Source: Octopus vulgaris (lineage: Eukaryota). From it: 64,000 nucleotides of DNA. This document shows, piece by piece, positions 56,090-64,000 of this stretch; position 1 is the stretch's first letter, and each line of letters starts with the position of its first letter. The stretch is taken from positions 103,168,001-103,232,000 of the forward strand of contig OX597821.1 in NCBI GenBank assembly GCA_951406725.2, read 5' to 3'. Below the pieces are notes generated by a model. That model was not told the DNA's origin and did not search any database. It was given only the letters and a program-made list of their open reading frames with translations. The position numbers were made by a program, and so were the translations under genes.

Positions 56090-56469
56090 TATATGCCAAT
56101 ATGTGCACGCACGTTTGTACACGAACAGCACAATGCGTATGTATTCATACACACACATACCCCACACACATAGATATGTAGATATATATATATACGCGTG
56201 CACATATACACTCATCAATAGACATGAAGAGGGTCACTGAACTTTCTCAGTGAATATCTGGGTATTTATGCGCGCGTGTGTGTGTGTGAGAGTGTGTGTG
56301 TGAATGTGTGTGTGTGTGTGTGTGAGTGTGTAGGGTATATATCTCATTCACGTTATTCTTTTATTACTTTAATCTTTTCGTAGAGTCAGCATTCATTGGG
56401 CTGCGGCCATTCTAGGACAACGCCTTCAAAGTCATACTCTCAGACACACACACACGTATCTGTATATAT

Positions 56470-56510
<41 letters not shown>

Positions 56511-57181
56511 CGTAGATACATTCAGTTATATCAGCAATCCCTACTTTATATATTGCATTTATGCAAACATCAACACAATTATCCGTACGTCCGTCTGTGT
56601 TTGTATACGAGTACATCTCATTGTGACCCAGGGTGGCTTCTAAGTCATTGCCTTATTAATGTAAAATTATAAAGAAACGACGAAGATAATGCATTTCTAT
56701 AGACGGAGCCTATATCAAACGCTTTACAGTATTCCTCGCTGACGTGAGTATTCTAGAGAAATCATTACACAAAAGCATGATAGAAGGAATAAAGACACAC
56801 GCTTGCAGACAGACAAAGAAACAAGGGTACACACGCACATTGCACACACTGCCATATATATATATATATATACATACACACATAGGTATGTATCGTACCC
56901 GCAGGGGTTGTTGAACTTTGTGAGAGAGTGTATATATGGTTGTACGAGAATTTTTTTGTTATTTAATTCCGTTTATGCATTTATTGATGCGTTTACTTTC
57001 CACCTTTACTGGTGTCAGCAGCCTTTGTAAAACGGTCATGTTGGGGGCAACGCCCTTTAGGGCTTTACGCTTAGGTTATGGCATTGATCTCACTTCTTAG
57101 ACTAGTACATCCCGTCTGCTCTCTCTGTCTCTCTCTTACCATCTCTCTTGACTGATACGCTCGTGTCTTTCTCTCTCTCTC

Positions 57182-57266
<85 letters not shown>

Positions 57267-57536
57267 ATATATAAGAGGGATTACCCCTCTTATATGTATG
57301 TAATATAATTTTTCTGAATCTTCAGATTTTTCTATATGCTAAACCACTGGTTTTAAATTGATTATTAATCAAATTAATATTCAAATTTTCACCCTTATTA
57401 TATATATATTTATATATATATATAACACTATACATATAGTGTGTATTTTCGTGTATGTATATCTATCTATCTATGTACGTCTACATATACATGTATATAT
57501 GTGTGCGTGTGTATGTATATATATGTATTTATATAA

Positions 57537-57579
<43 letters not shown>

Positions 57580-57657
57580 TATGGGTGTAAACACATACAC
57601 AAACGCACACACAATAAATACGCACACACACACACACACACAGAATCGATACACACT

Positions 57658-57690
<33 letters not shown>

Positions 57691-57989
57691 GTGACAATCG
57701 CTGTTGGTTTATTTATGTCCAAGTATCTTAGCGGGCACCTGAAAAAATTGACAGAATAAGTACTGAAAGGATTGGGAACAAAAAGAGGTTCTATGTGTTG
57801 ATCCCAATAGGGTGAAAGGATGAAAGTTAATTTCAACAGAATCCGAACTCGGATACCCCACTAAGTCCAACAGTCCCTATTTACAGCGTTGACAAAGCTG
57901 AAACTCTAACTAGCCACCACAGCTACTAAAATCACCACAACCAATGGCACCTCCATAGCCACCATATTTTTAACATCAATAATAATGAT

Positions 57990-58481
57990 TCCAAAATTTT
58001 CGACACAAGGGCAGTTTGCCGGAGAGGATTAAACTGAAATGCCGCTTAGCAATTCGTACGGCGTGCTCACGATTCTGCCAGCTCGCCGCCTTATTTGACA
58101 TCAATAATAATGGCTTCAAAATTTGCCACAAAGGGAGCATTTTATGGGAGGAGATCGACCCCAGTGTTCAACTGGTACTTATTTGATCGACCCAGAAAGG
58201 ATAAAAAGGTAAAGTCGACCTCGGCGGAATTTGAACTCAGAACGTAGCAACGGGCGAAATACCTATTTCTTTACTACCCACAAGGGGCTAAACACAGAAG
58301 GGACAAACAAGAACAGACACACGGATTAAGTCGATTATATCGACCCCAGTGCGTAACTAGCACTTATTTAATCGACCCCGAAAGGATGAAAGGCAAAGTC
58401 GACCTCGACGGAAATTGAACTCAGAACATACGGCTACGCATTTCGTCCGGCGTGCTAACGATTCTGCCAGCTCGTCGCCTT
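57990..58481 (-). mobile_element. Two SINE family B insertions (deleted monomer and dimer) separated by repeated TSD
   Basis: TTT(A/G)ACATCAATAATAA at 57969, 58094 and 58483. Confidence 0.88.
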
Positions 58482-59999
58482 ATTTAACATCAATAATAAC
58501 AACAGCTGTAGCAACACCAACCACGCATATACACTCCGACCCCCACCACTTGCATGCCACTTGCAGAACAAATAACTGAAAATGTCATTTTTTTTTTAAA
58601 TAAGTAGAAGATTCATGAATGGCTGTAACGAATTTCGATCCTCGGTCGGTTACTACGACGAGCATTCAGTAAACTGAACTACTTGTTCGTCTGTGAACCC
58701 CGACTGGTTGGGATTGGTTGGTCAACCACGTCGAATAATGATGATGATGAGGAGGATGAAGATGATGTTGGTTGTGGTGATGAGGATGATGATGATGATT
58801 ATGGTGATGATGATGATGGTGATGATGATGATGATGGTGATAATGATGGCGATGATTGTGATGAGGATGAGGATGAGGAGGGTGATGAGGCCTGCAATCC
58901 TCCGCGTTTTCGGGGCATAGGCTTGCACCTTTGCCTCTACCCAATTTGCCTTTGGTAGCTTACAATGATCCAAAGCTCTGGTAACAGACAAAATTCCGCT
59001 CCATATATCACGCAGAGGGAGCGAACGTAGAGCCAAACGATAAGGAAGCAGCGAAGCAAACTTCAAAATCATTCAGCCGTGTTCACGTCCAAGCCAGCTG
59101 TGGTTATCGACGTCTATCCGAAGGAGTGTTCGTAGATTGTCAGAAAGTTTAAAAGACATGAAGAAGGAATGAAAAGTTTTCGCCTTTCCGATTCTTTACT
59201 TTACCAATAAAGAGCAGAGAAAGGCGAATGAATTAATTGGGGTGGAATGAGATAGGTTTAAAACGGAATAATGTTGTTGGCGGTGTTAATTTTGTTGATG
59301 GTGGCGGTGGTGGTGGTACTGTGAGAGGGCAAGAATAAGAAAACTGACGAAAGAGAGATGAAATGAGTTGAAGACAATAAACAGGAAGTGGATGCCAACC
59401 GGAAGTTAGTTTGAGTGTTCTAAAATAGAATCTGACAGGTGAAATATATTGGCAAAGGTATGTGGTACTTAAACGCCCAGAAAGACAATATTGATCACAC
59501 ACACGCGCGCGCACTGTTACATATATGTTTGTGTATGTCTTCGCTGATTAATGCCATTCTGTATGCATCAATGTAAACATACATACGGTATCAAATAAGC
59601 ATACAGTGTCATGGAAATATCGTTATACACCAATCCGTTACCATACGTATAGTGTACACAATAACAACTGTATACACGTATATGGGAATATACAAATTTA
59701 CTATAATAATTAGACCATAAGTTTTAAATAAAATGCAACCTTATAATTCTTACAACGAAGGGGATAGAATGTTACTAACTATCGAACAACCTAGTCAAGT
59801 TTTTATTACAAACACGCGGATACTAACACAAAGCGCTGTTTATTTTTATGTCAAGCTTGTTATTTATAAAAAGAATTTAACGTTAAAAGTTCACTCAATG
59901 CTTTTAAATGAAGTAATTCTTTATTGATAAAGAATTTTACAAACTTGTACATAGAAAAGCTTGATAGTGAGTTCAAAGTTACATTTTTTTCTCGCCCCT

Positions 60000-60282
60000 T
60001 TTCAAGCCTAGCCAGGCTCATGGGCCCGGATTCCCGGTTTCTGTGGCGTTTGTGTCCCCCTCCCCAGCTAGTCCATCGCAGCATTACTAAAAAAAAAAAA
60101 AAACAGGAAGAGAGAGTGAGAGAAAGAGTACAACAAGGTCGCCACCACCCCCTACCGGAGCCTCGTGGAGCTTTTAGGTGTTTTCGCACAATAAACACAC
60201 ACAACGCCCGGTCTGGGAATCGAAACCGCGATCCTCCGACCGCAAGTCCGCTGCCCTAACCACTGGGCCATTTCGCATCCAC
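60000..60282 (-). mobile_element. SINE family D
   Basis: Colinear with 37275-37579. Confidence 0.85.
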
Positions 60283-60319
60283 TCAAAGTTACATATATAT
60301 TTTAAAATAGCGTAGATCT

Positions 60320-60735
60320 TCTTCCCAGCCAATGGTCCTGGCTTTCAGTCCCTCTACGTGATACTGGGGGCAAGTGTCTTCTTCTATAGCCCCGGTCCAG
60401 TCAAAGCCCTGTGAGTGGATTTAGTAGACGAAAACTAAAATATCTTGTCAGGTACATGTATGTGCGTGCGTTTGTGTGTGTTTGTTTGTGTGTGCGTGTG
60501 TGTGTGTGATTGTGCGTGTGCGTGTGTATATGTGTCTCTGTTTGCCCTGCCCTCACCACTTGACAACCAGTGTTGCCTTGTTCACAACTTTGTAGCTTAG
60601 CTTTTCGCTAAAAGAGGCCGATCGGAGAAGTACCCGGCTTTAAAAGAACGTACTGAGGCCGATGCCATCGACTACAAAAAACCGTGCTCCAACATGGCCG
60701 CAGTCAAATAACGGAAAGAATTAAAAAAATAAAAG
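60320..60735 (+). mobile_element. SINE family A, old and diverged
   Basis: GGGCAAGTGTCTT block, internal (TG)n, ATGGCCGCAGTCAAAT tail. Confidence 0.8.
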
Positions 60736-61178
60736 ACACACACACACACACGCACACACACACACAAACACACACATACACACACATTATTTTGCAATTT
60801 TGGAATTATTGCGACGTTAGCTTCAGCTTTTCAGCGGATCAGCCATTAGTTTGCTAAATTTCTGGCGGCGGGAGTGACTTTGACTCTAAGCTTTTTGTTA
60901 ACTTTCTTCAGGCAAAAGAGAATTTTCAATTAATTCTTTTTTGCTTACAGCATTCCATACATCACTTTTTCATTTATCTAAATCTAAACTCACTTTGATA
61001 AATAAAATGACTTGACAGGGAAAGGAAACCATTTGAGTTTGTTTTTTGTCTCATCGTTATTTCTTTATTCGAATCTGACGGATTTTAAAGCACATTACAT
61101 TCGCTGTAGTGGTGGCAAACACTTCTGAAGAATTTCCACATCACAAGCGCAAAATCATTTCAATGTTTTTGTCTTCTT

Positions 61179-61680
61179 CAGTGATTCTCAGCTATGTTTT
61201 GCCCATGGAACCCTTTGATTTATATTTTACTCAGGGTCCAGGATAGTGGTTCCCCAGAATCATTCGATGTCTAACAACTCCCATTATATATTTATGATGA
61301 AATATTAGGAATTGCATAAGACCGTTTAAATATTTTTGTATGTTAAGGCGGCGAGCTGGCAGAAACGTTAGCACACCGGGCGAAATGCTTAGCAGTATTT
61401 CGTCTGTCTTTACGTTCTGAGTTCAAATTCCACCGAGATCGACTTTGCCTTTCATCCTTTCGGAGTCGATAAATTAAGTACCAGTTGCGTACTGGGGTCA
61501 ATATAATCGACTGGAGCCCTCACCCAAAATTTCAGGCCTAGAGCAGAAAAGAATATTTTGTATGTTGTAGAAATATAACCAGTTTATTACACATAAAGTT
61601 TAACCACGAATTCTTACATGGATTTCCCCGGGTCATATGTCCCCTCAGAGGATCATATGGACCCCGGCTGAGAACATGTG
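61179..61680. mobile_element. Probable hAT (Charlie-like) MITE interrupted by a SINE B
   Basis: Ends CAGTGATTCTCAGC / GCTGAGAACATGTG, subterminal GGACCCC motif; putative 8-bp TSD matches only 5/8. Confidence 0.5.
61345..61553 (+). mobile_element. SINE family B (tail 2) with TSD
   Basis: AATATTTT(T)GTATGTT on both sides. Confidence 0.92.
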
Positions 61681-62081
61681 ATCTACATCATATTTTATAG
61701 CCACATGTTACGAACTGTATACAGAGATAGAGTGGGAATTCATATATTAATTGTGTTTGGACTTTGCAGAAACATTCTCGTTCCACATAAGACATTTTAT
61801 TCTCTTTATCAGAAGGCAAGGAAGGCTCCTTACACTGGTGGAAGCGAAGACGGAATCCTCAAAGCGAAAACATAGTCCGAAAGCTTACAAAAAGCGTGGA
61901 TTCTATGAAAAGAATCCGAGGTGCTAGGATGATAGATTTAAACTGGATGATGTATTAAGTCTTCCACCTAAGTAGGCCATGGCGAGATTTGAATCCAGAG
62001 AATAAAGAGGCGGGACAAATACTACAAGGCACTCAGTGTGACGTCTTAATGATTCTACCAATTAAACGCCCAGGATTGGTA

Positions 62082-62294
62082 TTAGGTTGGTTGATAATTA
62101 TTGCGATTTTCTTTCAATAGAAATTTGAACAAAAAATTTTATTCAACAAAAATTTGAACAAAACGCCAAGTAGATGGTGAACATGTTCCGAAATAATCAT
62201 TTAAAGATGTTTTTGTTAAATGATGTTATTGTTTTTTTTTTTGAATAAAATTTATTGAAAAAAAAGAAGCCGCAATAACTATGCACCAACCTAA
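62082..62294. mobile_element. Mariner MITE with Hsmar1/MADE1-like TIRs
   Basis: TA-TTAGGTTGGTTGATAATTATTGCG ... CCGCAATAACTATGCACCAACCTAA-TA. Confidence 0.8.
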
Positions 62295-62444
62295 TATATT
62301 TTTATTGATTCGCAAAGAATGGAAGACGAGATTGGCATCAGCGGAATTGGAAATCAGAGCAGAGCGACTCTGATATTATTAATTCACTGCCTTTACAAAT
62401 ATCATCATTGATGATTTTTATAATACGATATTATATTTCTTGTT

Positions 62445-62677
62445 AAGGCAGCGAGCTGGCAGAACCGTTAGCACGCCGGGCGAAATGCGTAGCCGTATTT
62501 CGTCTGCTGTTACGTTCTGAGTTCAAATTCCGCCGAGGTCGACTTTGCCTTTCATCCTTTCGGGGTCGATTAAATAAGTACCAGTTACGCACTGGGGTTG
62601 ATATAATCGACTTAATCCGTTTGTCTGTCCTTGTTTGTCCTCTCTCTGTTTAGCCCCTTGTGGGTAGTAAAGAAGTA
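62445..62677 (+). mobile_element. Young SINE family B (tail 1) with 18-bp TSD, followed by an old B copy (62696-62885)
   Basis: GATATTATATTTCTTGTT at 62427-62444 and 62678-62695. Confidence 0.92.
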
Positions 62678-64000
62678 GATATTATATTTCTTGTTGACAG
62701 CAGTGAAATGATCGAATCATTAGAACGCCGGAAAAACATGCTTAGCGACATTTCTTCCGGTTTTACGTTCTGAGTTCAAATTCCGTTGCGGTCGATTTTG
62801 CTTTTAATCGATTCGAGCCCTGGGTCGATTTAATCTACCTGGCTCTCTTCCCGAATATTTTAGTCCTTGTGCCTATAACAGAAAGGTTGTTATATTTGCT
62901 GTTTTGCATGCGTCTCGAGCTATGAAAATGAAACAAAATAACATTGTTATATCTTAGTATAACTGTGGCAAACCAATTTATTAAACTGGTTCATTTGAGT
63001 TATTTTCCTTGGTCCATTTTACTTTATAGTTATGCAGGTTATAATAATTACACAAAATATAATTATAATTAGAAAAAAATATTTTATCAATTGCTAAAAA
63101 AATCTTTTCGCAGACGGTTGATGAGATCGAATAGGTTGAAAGACGCTCAAAGTTATCTTTGATTTGCTAGAAAAAGACCAACCTTTTTATTTTTCTAAAC
63201 ACGTCAACGATCTTGATGAGTTTAACTCTTAATTTCTTGAAATTATCTCCTTTTTCATTCAGACTCGTAAACGATTGTTGCCAGATTATCATTTTCGTTC
63301 AACTAAGTAAGAGGGAAATTTCATTCAACATATACATTGTGTATTTGGCCTGCAGCCTTTAGTAGATCACACTTTATCTTATTTAATAAATCGATTATGT
63401 TGTTCAAACTACATTTCTGAATTTCTACTCCATGTAGAAATAACTGAAAGTGTGATAAACAACAACAACAACAACAACAGCAACAACATCGCTCTTATCA
63501 AACTCACGATCATCATCATGATTATCATCAACAACAATGAACAAGAAATAAACTACCACGAAAGTAACGTTTAGCACGTTATTTAGTTTTTTTTGTTGTT
63601 TTTGATTGTTTGTTTGCAGCTACAACATTTTCCCCTACATATCTCACATCAGAACTTAACATTTTCATTTAGAAAATAAGTATTTTTCCCCGATTCAGCA
63701 AAAGTTTGTCAAAAAGATTTTCGATAATCTGCTAATGTGGTAGTATTTCAAGTAAGAAATAATATGAAAAATAGAAAAAGAAAAAAAAAAAAAAAACCAG
63801 AAGAAAAGAAAAAAGAAATAATAAAAAATTGCTTTACAATCGGTTTTTGAGAACGTTATATTTTAAAAACGAATAATGTTTCTTGACTTACAGTACGTTT
63901 TATTTTTTGCGGAATAATAAAATATAAAAAGCTTATAGCGATTGTGTGACTACAAGCAACACACAAAAAAATTAATAGCGTTATTAAGTTCAATAAGAAT

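Overview
AT-rich eukaryotic intronic or intergenic DNA. The SINE repertoire and extreme microsatellite load look like an Octopus (coleoid cephalopod) genome; this is recognition from memory, not a search result. No host protein-coding gene can be supported, and almost all listed ORFs are translations of (TA)n, (CA)n, (TAA)n, (CAT)n or (TATC)n tracts or of SINEs. Retroelements: four abundant tRNA-headed SINE families (here A-D), three different 5'-truncated R4/Dong-type REL-endonuclease LINE ends sitting in (TAA)n tracts, and an RTE LINE 3' end. DNA elements: a non-autonomous Helitron, three mariner-derived MITEs (one a fold-back of the transposase 3' end) and a probable hAT MITE. Less obvious signals: (i) eight dispersed, mostly degenerate minimal type-I hammerhead-ribozyme-like motifs (plus one partial) with palindromic or near-palindromic helix III, of Penelope/retrozyme type, three with a long helix II and one inside a 318-bp terminally redundant unit; (ii) an old tandem triplication of a tRNA-Thr pseudogene + SINE unit; (iii) a set of microsatellite-associated non-autonomous elements; (iv) SINEs apparently re-inserting into their own target-site duplications. 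All alignments and folds were made by eye, and coordinates of degenerate copies are approximate.
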